Below the pieces are notes generated by a model. That model was not told the origin of the DNA, made no database searches, and saw only the letters and a program-made list of their open reading frames with translations. A program made the translations under genes and the position numbers. A stretch of DNA of 64,000 nucleotides from Camelus dromedarius (lineage: Eukaryota), in assembly GCF_036321535.1 (NCBI RefSeq), contig NC_087437.1, forward strand, positions 45,634,001-45,698,000. Reading direction: 5' to 3'. This document shows, piece after piece, positions 25,184-37,127 of the stretch (within the stretch, counting starts at the first letter, position 1; the number at the start of each line of letters is the position of its first letter).

Positions 25184-25821
25184 CTCCAATTCAAAAAGAT
25201 ACAGGCACCCCAATGTTTATAGCAGTAGTATTTACAGTAGCCAAGACATGGAAACAGCCTAAATGTTCATAGACAGATAACTGGATAAAGAAGTTGTGAC
25301 ATATATATAATGGAATACTACTCAGCCATAAAAAAAGAATAAAATAATGCCATTTGCAGCAACATAGATGGACTTGCAGATTGTCATTCTAAGTGAAGTA
25401 AGCTAGAAAGAGCAAGAAAAATACCATATGATATCACTCATATATGGAATCTTAAAAAAATAAATAAAAAGGAAAACAAGGACACTATGAGCTCATTTAC
25501 AAAACAGAAACAGACTTGCAGACATAGTAAACAATCTTATGGTTACCAGGGAAAGGGGATAGGAAGGGATAAATTTGGAAGTTTGAGATGTGCAAATGTT
25601 AGCCACTGTATATAAAAATAGATTAAAAAAAAAACAAGTTTCTTCTGTGTAGCACAGGGAACTATATTCAATATTTTTAATAACCCTTAATGAAAAAGAA
25701 TACGAAAACGAATATGTGTATGTATATGCATGACTGGGACATGGTGCTGCACACCAAAGACTGACACATTGTAACTGACTGTACTTCAATTTAAAAAATA
25801 AATTAATCAAAATAAAATAAA
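25184..25821 (+). mobile_element. 5'-truncated L1 3' end
   Basis: AATTCAAAAAGATACAGGCACCCCAATGTTTATAGCAG...GACTGTACTTCAAT plus an A-rich tail; no left TSD found. Confidence 0.92.
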
Positions 25822-27519
25822 ATCTATTCTCTTAGAAAACGTCAAATATACAGTATAGTGCTATTAACTATAGTCTCTACAAGGCACATTAGATCCCCAG
25901 AACTTACTCATCTTATAACTGAAAGTTTATACCCTTTCACATCTCCTCATTTTTCCTACCCTCTCATCCCCTGGCAACCATCATTCTACTCTCTGCTTCT
26001 GTGAATTTGACATATTTTACATTCCACATGTGAGATCATATAGTATTTGTTTTTCTCTGTCTGACTTATTTCACTTAGCGTAACACCCTCAAGGTCCATC
26101 TACATCGTTGCAAAAGCAGGATTTCCATCTTTCTATGGCTGGATAATATTCCATTTTACATTTATACCACATTTTCTTTACCCATCCATCCATTTACAGA
26201 CACTTAGATTGTTTCCATATGTTGGTTATAGTGTGAATAACACTGCAATGAACATGGTTGTGCAGCTATCTCTTTGAGATGCTCATTTCATTTCCTTTGG
26301 GTATGTAGCCATAAGTGGCGTTGCTGGATAATTCGGTAGGTTTATTTGTAATTTTTTGAGGAAAGTTCATCCTGTTTACCATGGTAGCTGCACCAATTTA
26401 CATTCCCACGAACAGTACACAAGAACTCCCTTTTCTCCATATCTTTGCCAACACTTGTTATCTCTTGTCCTTTTGATAATAGCCATTCTCATATATGTGG
26501 GATGGTAGCTCATTATGATTTTCATTTGCATTTCTCTGATGATTAGTGATATTGAGCACCTTGCCATATACCTGTTGGTTATTTACAGTCTTCTTTGAAG
26601 AAATATCTATTCATATTATTTGTCCATTTTTAAATCAGGTTAACAATTAGGTTTGTCTTTGCTATTGAGTTGTAATGTGTTTTATACATACATATATTTT
26701 GGATAGTAACCCCTTAGCAGATACATGGTTTGCAATTATTTTCTCCCATTCCACAACTGCCTTCTTATTTTGCTGATTATTTCTTTTGTTGTGAGAAGTT
26801 TTTTAGTTTAATGAAGTTACATTTGTTTATTTTTGTTTTCAGTGTCTAATCCAAAAACCATTGCCAAGACCAGTATCAAACAGCATATCGCTGATGTTTA
26901 CTTCTAGTAGTTGTACAGATACAGGTCTTACATTCAACTCTTAAATTCATTTTGAGTTGATTTTTGTGTACAGTATAAGATAAGGTTTCCATTTCATTCT
27001 TTTGCATGTGGCTGTCCAGTTTTTCCAATACCATTTATTAAAGAGACTATAATTTCCCTATTGTATTCTTGGCTCCTCTGTTATAAAATAATTGACCATC
27101 TATGTGTGGGTTTATTTCTGAGATTTCTATTCTGTTCTGTTGATCTATGTGTCTGTTTTATGACAATACCATACTATTTTGATTACTATAGCTTCATAAT
27201 ATAGTTTGAAATAAGGAAGTGTGATACCTCCTGATTTGGTCTTTGCTCTCAGGATTGCTTTAGCTATTCAGGATCTTTTGTGGTTCTATACAAATTTTAG
27301 GATTTCATCTTCTATTTCTGTGAAAAATAGCATTGGGATTTTCACAGAGGTTGAAATGAATCTATAGATGATTTTGGCTAGTATGGACATTTTAACCTTA
27401 TTAACTCTTAGAATTCATGAATACAAAATATCTTTTCATTTATTTGTGTCTTCTATGATTTTTTTATCAATGTCTTCATAATTTTCAGTGTATACATCTT
27501 TTAACTCCTTGTTTAAATT
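25822..27519 (-). mobile_element. Older L1 (L1MA-like), 3' portion; host of the full-length insertion
   Basis: 3' UTR CATTAGATCCCCAGAACTTACTCATCTTATAACTGAAAG; ORF 26376-26567 DNKCWQRYGEKGVLVYCSWECKLVQ. Confidence 0.9.
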
Positions 27520-28034
27520 TATTCCTAAGTATTTTTTAACATTTTTTATTGATTTATAATCATTTTACAATGTTGTGTCAAATTCCAGTGTTCAGCACAA
27601 TTTTTCAGTTATTCATGGACATATACACACTCATTGTCACATTTTTTTCTCTGTGAGTTATCATAACATTTTGTGTACATTTCCCTGTGCTATACAGTGT
27701 AGTCTATTCTACAATTTTGAGATCCCAGTCTATCCATTCCCACCCTCCACCCCCCTTGTAACCACAAGTCTGTATTCTCTGTCTGTGAGTCTATTTCTGT
27801 CCTTTATTTACGCTTTCTTTTTGTTTCTTTGTTTGTTTTTGTTTTTGTTTTTTAGATTCCACATATGAGCGATCTCATATAGTATTTTTCTTTCTCTTTC
27901 TGGCTTACTTCACTTAAAATGACATTCTCCAGGAGCAACCATGTTGCTGCAAATGGCATTATGTTGTCGGTTTTTATGGCTGAGTAGTATTCCATTGTAT
28001 AAATATACCACCTCTTCTTTATCCAGTCACCTGT

Positions 28035-31000
28035 TCATGGACATTTAGGCTGTTTCCATGTCTTGGCTATTGTAAATAATGCTGCTATGAACATTGGGGT
28101 GCAGGTGTCATCCTGAAGTAGATTTCCTTCTGGATACAAGCCCAGGAGTGTGATTCCTGGGTCATATGGTAAGTCTATTCCTAGTCTTTTGAGGAATCTC
28201 CACACTGTTTTCCATAGTGGCTGCACCAAACTGCATTCCCAGCAGCAGTGTAGGAGGGTTCCCCTTTCTCCACAGCCACTCCAGCATTTGTCATTTGTGG
28301 ATATTTGGATGACGGCCATTCTGACTGGTGAGAGATTTGATTTGCATTTCTCTGATAATTAGAGATATTGAGCATTTTTTCATGTGCTTTTTGATCATTT
28401 GTATGTCTTCCTTGGAGAATTGCTTGTTTAGGTCTTCTGCCCATTTTTGGATTGGGTTGTTTATTTTTTTCTTATTGAGTCGTATGAGCTGCTTATATAT
28501 TCTGGAGATCAAGCCTTTGTCGGTTTCACTTGCAAAAATTTTCTCACATTCCGTAGGTTTTCTTGTTTTATTTCTGGTTTCCTTAATGCTGTGCAGAAGC
28601 TTGTAAGTTTCATTAGGTCCCATTTGTTTATTCTTGCTTTTATTTCTTCTAGGAGAAAATTTTTGAAATGTATTCAGATAATGTTTTGCCTATGTTTTCC
28701 TCTAGGAGGTTTATTGTATCTTGTCTTATGTTTAAGTCTTTAATCCATTTTGAGTTGATTTTTGTATATGGTGTAAGGGAGTGTTCTAGCTTCATTGTTT
28801 TACATGCTGCTGTCCAGTTTTCCCAACACCATTTGCTGAAGAGACTGTCTTTATTCCAATGTATATTCTTGCCTCCTTTGTCAAAGATGAGTTGACCAAA
28901 AGTTTGTGGGTTCATTTCTGGGCTCTCTATTCTGTTCCATTGGTCTATATGTCTGTTTTGGTACCAATACCATGCTGTCTTGATGACTGTAGCTCTATAG
29001 TATTGTCTGAAGTCTGGGAGAGTTATTCCTCCAGCCTCTTTCTTTCTCTTCAGTAATGCTTTGGCAATTCTAGGTCTTTGATGGTTCCATATGAATTTTA
29101 TTATGATTTGTTCTACTTCTGTGAAATATGTCCTGGGTATTGGATAGGGATTGCATTAAATCTGTAGATTGCCTTGGGCAGTGTGACCATTTTAACAATA
29201 TTGATTCTTCCAATCCAAGAGCATGGAATATCTTTCCACTTTTTAAAGTCTTCTTTAATTTCCTTCATCAATGCTTTATAGTTTTCTGTGTATAATTCTT
29301 TCACCTCCTTGGTTAGATTTATTCCCAGATATTTTATTACTTTGGGTGCTGTTTTAAAGGGGATTGTTTCTTTACTTTCTTCTTCTGTTGATTTATCGTT
29401 AGTGTAAAGAAATGCAACTGATTTTTGAACGTTAATTTTGTAACCTGCTACCTTGCTGAATTCTTCAATCAGCTGTAGTAGCTTTTGTGTGGACCTTTTA
29501 GGGTTTTCTATATATAGTAACATGTCATCAGCATATAATGACACTTTTACCTCTTCTTTTCCAATTTGGATCCCTTTTATTTCTTTCTCTTGCCTGACTG
29601 CTGTGGCTAGGACTTCCAGGACTATGTTGAATAGGAGTGGTGATAGTGGGCATCCTTGTCTTGTCCCAGATTTTAGTGGGAAGCTTTTGAGTTTTTCACC
29701 GTTGAGTACTATGCTGGCTGTAGGTTTGTCATATATAGCTTTTATTATGTTGAGATATGTTCCCTCTATACCCACTTTGGCGAGAGTTTTTATCATAAAT
29801 GGGTGTTGAATTTTATCAAATGCTTTTTCTGCATCGATTGAGATGATCATGTGGTTTTTGTCCTTTCTCTTGTTGATGTGATGTATTACACTGATTGATT
29901 TGCGTATGTTGAACCAGCCTTGTGTCCCTGGGATGAACCCCACTTGGTCATGATGTATAATGTTTTTTATGTGTTGTTGGATTCTATTTGCTAAAATTTT
30001 GGTGAGGATTTTAGCGTCTATGTTCATCAGTGATATTGGCCTATAATTCTCTTTTTTTTGTAGTGTCTTTGCCTGGTTTTGGTATCAGGGTGATGGTGGC
30101 TTCATAGAATGAGTTTGGGAGTATTCCCTCCTTTTCAATCGTCTGGAAGAGTTTGAGAAGGACTGGTATGAGTTCTTCTTTGTATGTTTGGTAGAATTCC
30201 CCGGTGAAGCCATCCGGTCCTGGACTTTTATTTGTAGGGAGGGTTTTAATTGCTATTTCTATTTCCTTTCTAGTGATCGGATTGTTCAAGTGTTCAGATT
30301 CTTCTTGCTTCAGTTTTGGTGGACAGTATGTTTCCAGAAACTTGTCCATCTCCTCTAGGTTATCCAGTTTGGTTCCATATAGTTTTTCATAATATTCTCG
30401 TATGATATTCTGTATTTCTATTTTGTTTGTTGTAATTTCTCCATTTTCCTTTCTTATGTTGCTAATTTGTGCTCTCTCTTTTTTCTTCTTTGTGAGTTTG
30501 GCCAGAGGTTTGTCAATTTTATTTACTTTTTCAAAAAACCAGCTTTTGGTTTGGTTGATTTTTTCTATGGTCTTGTTAATCTCTATTGTATTTAATTCCC
30601 CTCTGATCTTTATTATTTCCTTCCTTCTGCTGCTTTCTGGGGCTTTTTGTTCTTCTTTTTCTAATTCATTCAGGTGGTGGGTTAAATTGTTTATTTGAGA
30701 TTGTTCTTCTTTTTTGAGGAAGGCCTGTATCGCTATAAACTTCCCTCTTAGCACTGCCTTTGCTGTGTCCCATAGGTTTTGAGTGGTTGTGCTTTCATTA
30801 TCATTTGTCTCAAGGTATTTTTTAATTTCAGCTTTGATTTCCTCATTGATCCATTGTTTTTTCAATAACATATTGTTTAATCTCCATGCTTTCCTTTTTT
30901 TCTCCTTTGTTTCTCTGTTGTTGATTTCCAGTTTCATGGCATTGCGGTCAGTAAAGATGCTTGAGATAATTTCTATCTTCTTAAAATTGTTGAGGTTTCT

Positions 31001-31630
31001 TTTGTGCCCAAGTACATGATCGATCCTGGAAAATGTTCCATGTGCACTTGAAAAGAATGTATATCCTATTTTTGGGGGGTGTAATGCTCTGAAAATATCC
31101 ACCAAATCTAGTTTTTCTATTGTAGTATTTAATTTCTCTGTTGCCTTGTTTATTTTCTGTCTGGAAGATCTGTCTAGCGATGTTCATGCAGTGTTAAAAT
31201 CTCCAACTATGATTGTATTCCCATCAATATCCCCCTTTATCTCTGTTAGTAATTCTTGTATGTACTTAGGTGCTCCTATATTGGGTGCATATATATTAAT
31301 GAGTGTAATATCCTCATCTTGTATCACTCCTTGAATCATTATAAAATGTCCTTCTTTATCTTTCTTTATGGCCTTTGTTTTAAAGTCTGTTTTGTCTGAA
31401 ATCAGTACTGCAACACCTGCTTTTTTGGCTTTTCCATTTGCATGGAATATCCTTTTCCATCCTTTCACTCTCAATCTATATGTGTCCTTCTCCCTAAAGT
31501 GGGTCTCTTGTATGCAGCATATTGAAGGTTCTTGCTTTATTATCCAGTCTGCCACTCTGTGTCTTTTGACTGGAGCATTTAGTCCATTAACACTTACAGT
31601 AATTAATGATAGATGTGTGTTTATTGCCAT
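28035..31630 (-). pseudogene. ORF2: L1 ORF2 (APE endonuclease, reverse transcriptase, Cys-rich domain), disrupted
   Basis: [50 protein letters not shown]. In-frame TGA at 31184-31186 and frameshifts near 30055, 29140, 28670, 28580 and 28330. Confidence 0.97.
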
Positions 31631-32034
31631 TTTGAACTTATCTTTGCAGTTGAATTGGTATATCCTCTTTGTTCCTTTCTTCTTCCTTTTGTGGTTTGGT
31701 AATTTTCCTTTGTATTATCATGGATTTTATTTACTTTTTGTGACTCCTTTGTAAATTTTTGGCTTGTGGTTACCCTTTTTTGTAAATCTGTCAACCCATT
31801 ACTATAACTGTTTTTATTAAACTGATAGTAACATGATCTCAAACCCATCCTACTGTTAAAAAAATTTAAAAAAGAAAGAAAAAAATATTCTGTATTTCCC
31901 TGCCTCCCTCTCCCACTCTCAGTGATTTACATGTCTTCTTCTATAATTTCGTGTTTACTTTATTTGTAATTCATGAGTTATCACCTTTCCAGTTGTGTGT
32001 TTCTCATTTCTGTAGCATCCTGCTGCTTTTCTAT

Positions 32035-32938
32035 TTAGAATAGCCCTTTCAATATTTCTTTTAGCATGGGTTTAGTGTTGCTAAACTCCTGCAGCTTTTC
32101 TTTTGTCTGTGAAACTCTTTATTTCTCCTTCTATCCTCAAGGATAGCCTTGCTGGATAAAGGATCCTAGGCTGCATCTTTTTTTCATTCAGGGCTTTGAA
32201 TATATCTTGCCACTCCCTTCTGGCCTGTAGTGTTTGTGTAGAGAAATCAGCTGAGAGCCTTATGGGGGTTCCCTTGTAACTTACTCTTTGCTTTTCTCTT
32301 GCTGCCTTTAGAATCATTTCTTTATCCTTGACTCTGGCCATCTTGATTATGATATGTCTTGGTGTGGGTCTATTTGGGTTCTTCCTGTTTGGGACCCTCT
32401 GAGCTTCCTGTACTTGGATATCTGATTCCTTCTTTAAGTTTGGGAAGTTTTCAGTCATGATTTCTTCAAAAACCTCTTCAATCCCCTTTGATCTTTCTTC
32501 TCCTTCTGGGACCCCTATTATGCAAAGATTGGGACGCTTTATATTATCCCATAGGTCCCTTATGCTATTTTCATTATTTTTTATTTGCTTCTCTTGTAGT
32601 TCTTCTGAATGGGTGCTTTCTATTGCCCTGTCTTCTAGATCACTAATTCGTTCCTCTGCATTATCTAGTCGGCTTTGCACAGCTATTAGATCATTCCTCA
32701 TCTCTGTCAATGAGTTTACCCATTCTACTTTGCTCTTCTTTATAGCTTCAATTTCATTTTTGACATATTTTATATCTCTAAACACTATCTCTTTTAATTC
32801 CTTCAGCAATTCGATCACTCCTTTTTTGAAATCTTGATCTAGTAGGCTATCGATGTCTATTTCGTTGATCTTTCTTTCAGGGGATTTCTCTTGTTCTTTT
32901 AATTGGGAAAGGTTTTTCTGCTTCTTCATCTTGCTCAT
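32035..32938 (-). pseudogene. ORF1: L1 ORF1 (coiled coil, RRM, CTD) with a frameshift near the C-terminus
   Basis: LWDNIKRPNLCIIGVPEGEE, PRHIIIK, ARREW, YPARL motifs; a frameshift at ~32100 diverts the native KLQEFSNTKPMLKEILKGLF* end (TAA 32037-32035). Confidence 0.96.
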
Positions 32939-33334
32939 ACCTCTTTGGCACTGTGGTTATGGAGTATCAGTTGTTTATTTTGGTCCTTAAGGATTTTATC
33001 TATCTGATGCCTATTTAGGAATAGAACTTAGGAAAAAAAGAAAAAAAAATGAGAGAGAGAAAGAATTTTAAAAGAAGGGAGAAAGAGGGTTTGAAAACAG
33101 TGTATAATGAATAATAGAAGAGTGAGTTGAGGCAGAGTATTAATCGGGTTGAGACGTCCTTTTAAAACCTTTACCAAAAGAAGGAGGGGGGGAGATGAAT
33201 AGATGTATTTGAAACCTGTGTCTAATCAATAGCAGGACATCAAAACCAAAGAGAAATAGAAATGAATTAAGAAGTAAAGATTAAGAGAGTAATAGAAAAT
33301 AGAACAGGTAAAAACAGATTTAAAAAAAAAGGGG

Positions 33335-34615
33335 GGGCGGGGGGTTGGTCGGTGTTCTCCTGGAGTCTGTGTGCTTTTACTGTGAAGTCTTTCTGTCTTC
33401 ATCCTGTTTTGGAAGCTCAGCTTGCTGTTTTCAGAGGCCCTCCGTTGGCGCCCTCTTCTGTGCTGCTCCCAGCACCTGTCGGCAAGCAGATCGCGCCTCC
33501 TCCTAACACTGGGTCAGATGCAGCTCTCTGCTGTGGGCGGGCGGGTCGCTGCCCCTCCAGATGCCGCAGTCAGAAGTTGCAGACTGGCCAGGTAGGAGGG
33601 CGGGTCGTGCCCCCTCCCAGCACCTCGGTCAGGGGCTGTGTTCCTGCCCGAAAGGCGGGGGGGCTGCTCTCCCTCTACCTGTGCCGCTGGTTGCTCCGCT
33701 CTCTGTGCGGCTGCGCGCTCCGCCCTGGTCGGCGCTCCGCAGGTGCGCTCGGGGATGACCGAGGGACAGCCCTGTCCCTGCTCCGAGCCAAAACCCAGCT
33801 CCTTGTTTGTCTTTGTGGAGCAAGTTCTCTGAGGGACCAGGATGGAAGGATCCTATCTGCCCCGGGCTGCAGGCCAGTCTCAGTCTGGCCTTTGAGGCTG
33901 CTAAACCCTTCCGTGCGGATGCAGGTTTCGCCCGCGCTCCCGCCTGAGTGCTAAGCGCGGAGGATATGGCGGCTGTGCCTGAGCCCCGCCTCTCTTCCCC
34001 CAAAAACTTTCCGCGGGTTTTCAGAGATGGGGGTGTGCACCCTTCCCCCGAGAGCACATCAACCTTGCTGTTTTATGGAGGGCCCAGGTTGTTCTGCCCT
34101 GTGCACCCACAGCCACGGCGCGCAGCCCGTTGCGTTCCCCTGTGGCTGCCTCCGTGCAGCCACCCCTGTCCTCCGCCCAGCTTGTGCAGCCTGGCCATGC
34201 CCACCACTGCCGGCCCGCGTCTCAGGCTGGGTGTCGGGGGGACGCTCTGTGCCCGTTTAACTTAGTTCTGTTAGTCAAGGGCTGCTCTGTACAGATCCGA
34301 GCCTCGGAGGCTCTCCCTCCGTCCCGCTGGCCTCTCAGTTGGAGAGGGGAGACCCAGCGAGCGAGCGCCAGTCCTCTTTTGCCGCTCCCTCCCTGCGGGA
34401 CCCGTCCCGCTCTGCTTTGCCTTTTGTTCTTTCTTTTTTCCTTTTCTCCTACCAGATTTTTGGCGTCTTTATCTTTTGAAGAGGGCGATGTTCTGTCAGA
34501 GTTCCACAGGTGCTCTGGTTGGCTGAGTGGGTCTGTAGATGTGGGTCTTGGTGTATTTGTGGGAGAGGGTGACCTGCGAGTGTCCTTCTACTCCGCCATC
34601 TTCTCCATCTCCCCC
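33335..34615 (-). promoter_or_regulatory. CpG-island internal promoter in the L1 5' UTR, with a YY1 site
   Basis: Only strongly GC/CpG-rich block in the window; CCGCCATCTT at 34593-34602 fits the YY1 consensus just inside the L1 5' end, as in known mammalian L1 promoters. Confidence 0.85.
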
Positions 34616-34633
34616 TATTCCTAAGTATTTTTT

Positions 34634-35700
34634 GATGCTACTAGAAATGGGATTTTTTTCTTTAGTCTTTTTCTGATAGATTATTTTCCATGTATATAAA
34701 TGCAACTAATTGTTACATGTTGATTTTGTGTCATGCATGAATTTACTGAATTTATTACTTCTAATAATTTTTAATGGAGTCTTTAGGGTTTTCCATACAA
34801 AAGGCATGTAATCTTCAAACAGAGGCAATATTACTTTTCCCTTTCCTTACTCAGATGCCTTTTATTTCTTTTTCTTGCCTGATTGCTTTAGCTAGGAATT
34901 CCAGTATTATGTTGAATAGAAGTGGTGAGAGCACCTATTTCCTATTTCTGATCTTAGAGAAAACTTTTATCTTTCGCACTTGAGAATCATGTTAATTGTG
35001 GACTTCTCATATATGGTCCTTATTATGTTAAGATGCATTCCTTGTATACCTAATTTGTTGAGAGTTTTTATTATAAAAGTATGTTGAATTTTGTCAAAAG
35101 CTTTTCTTTTTTTGCATCTATTGCAATGATCGCATGCTACTTACCTTTTATTCTGTTAATGTAGCATATCACATTTATTGATTTGCATATGTTGAGCCAT
35201 CCTTGTATCCCAAGGATAAATTCCACTTGCCTCACAGTGTATGATTTATTTAATGTGCTGCTGAATTTGGTTTGCTAGCATTTTGTTGAATATTTTTGCA
35301 CATATGTTCATCAAGAATAATGTCCTGTAATTCTTTTTTCTTGTATTGTCCTTATCTGGCTTTGATATGAGAATAATGTTGGCCTCATAAAATGAATTTG
35401 GGAGTGCATCATCTTCAATTTTTAGAAGAGTTGGAGAAAAACTGGTGTTAATTCTTTTTTAAATGTTTGGTAGAATTCACCCATGAAGACATCTGGTTCT
35501 GGGCTTTTGTTGGGAGATTTTTTATTACTGCTTCATTCTCCTTGGTGGTTATTGGTCTGCTCATCTATTCTCTTTCTTCATGATTCAGTCTGTAAGTTGT
35601 ATGTCTCCAGGAATTTATTCATTTCCTGTAGGTTATCCAACTTATTGGCTTAAAATTGTTCATAGTAGTCTCTTATGATTCTTTGTATTTCTGTGTTATC
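34634..35700 (-). mobile_element. Older L1 ORF2, continuation of 25822-27519
   Basis: Resumes after the TSD at the KKYLGI motif (ORF 34496-34705 reads NPISSSIKKYLGI into the young L1 5' end); degenerate RT sequence. Confidence 0.9.
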
Positions 35701-35702
35701 AG

Positions 35703-36790
35703 TTCAACATTGTTTTTGAAAAGACTATACTTTTCAAAAAATAGTTTGAAATGTCTTAGCACTGAAATACTTTTGCATCATTGTCAAAAAGCAATGGGTC
35801 ACATGTGTGTGGGTCTAATTCTGGATTCTGTATTATTTTCTGTTCTTTTTTGTGCCTGTCCGCTTGCCAATGCCACAATGACTTGGTTACTGTAGATTTA
35901 TAATGTGTCCTTAAATATGTCTTTGCAATTCAAATTTCTTCTTTCAGGTTATTTTTAACATTCCTTTAGTATTCTCTTTTAACTTATTTTGTTTCTAACT
36001 ATACCTTAGTATAATTTGTAGGGGTTTATCTAGTGATTAAATAATACATATATAACTTTTCACAGTCTACTTAGACTATTGTCCCATGTTCAGTGTCTTA
36101 TAGAAATCTTACCACCATATATGTCCCTTTACCCTCTCGCATTTATGTTGTAGTTGCTTTACATATTATATCTACATACAGTGAAAACCCTACCAGAAAT
36201 GTAATTTTTGCTTAAAACCAAACATATTTTAAAGTACTCAATAATATTTTGTTACACATATCCAGATATTTACCATTTCCGGTACTCTTCTTTCATTCCA
36301 GATGTTCCAGATTTTCTTCTTGTATCATTTCCCTTTTGTCTGAACAGCTACTTTTAGCAATTCTTTTAGAATTTTGCAGTGCTATTCACATACATCTGAA
36401 TTTCAGCCACTCAGTAATCAGTGTGTATCTTAGGCATTGTTATTCTTCATAGTTCAGTTATCAAAGTTCATGCATGATTTTTAGGGTTAAATCAACAACT
36501 GTGTGTCTCATGGTTGAGCCCAAGAGTTCATTTATAACTTTAAGGGGTCAGTTTCTTAAGTGCTTCCTTACCAGGATTTCCTCAGTACTTTCTGGTTCCC
36601 TATTGTTCCCCCTTTTGGTCCTCTGGCCAGAACACTGAGGTCTTAGTTACCCCACTCTGCCTTATACTTCCCCCAGGTGTGTCTACATCTAGAGTCAAGC
36701 TAGAGAACAGCATAAAGGGAGAAAAATCCATGGGAGTTCATCCCTTTCTATGACGATTACAGCTCTTCTGAATGAAGAGGAAGGTATCCT
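35703..36790 (-). mobile_element. Ancient L1M fragments
   Basis: TTGAAAAGACTATACTTTT..ATGTGTGTGGGTCTAATTCTGGATTCT; T-rich degenerate L1. Confidence 0.55.
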
Positions 36791-37127
36791 CCACCAACCA
36801 AAACTCATAAAAATTCTGATGCTTAATGTGATGCTATTAGGAGGTGGGGCCTTTGGGAAGTAATGAGATTTAGGTAAGGTCATGAGGGTGGAGCCCCCAT
36901 GATGAGATGAGTGCCCTTAGAAGAGAAAGCACCTAGAGCTCTCTTCCTCTCTCAGCCATTGGAGGATCAGCAAGAAGGCAGCCATCAGCAAACCAGGTGT
37001 CCTCACCAGACACCAAATCTGGCAACATTTTGATCTTAGTCTCCCCAGCCTCCAAAACTATGAGAAATAAATACTGTTTAAGAAACCCAGTCTATGGTAA
37101 CTTGTTATAGTAGCTCAGACTAAGACA
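36790..37127 (+). mobile_element. MaLR solo LTR, MLT1A/A0-like
   Basis: TTAGGAGGTGGGGCCTTTGGGAAGTAA..GAGGGTGGAGCCC..CCAGCCTCCAAAACTATGAGAAATAAA..GACTAAGACA. Confidence 0.9.

Larger units (their letters stand above)
27538..34615 (-). mobile_element. Full-length LINE-1 (~7.08 kb), disabled
   Basis: 5' end GGGGGAGATGGAGAAGATGGCGG, then 5' UTR, ORF1, spacer, ORF2 (EN, RT, Cys domains) and 3' UTR with AATAAA; perfect TSD TATTCCTAAGTATTTTTT at 27520-27537 and 34616-34633; TC/AAAA endonuclease-type site. Confidence 0.98.

Noticed and set aside
29453..32837. Plus-strand hydrophobic ORFs opposite the L1
   Set aside because: Antisense shadows of A-rich L1 ORF1/ORF2
33352..33954. 200-aa ORF, plus the 142-aa (33629-34057) and 164-aa (34130-34624) ORFs in the L1 5' UTR
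   Set aside because: They start at GTG/TTG, lie in stop-poor GC-rich DNA and show no recognisable domain
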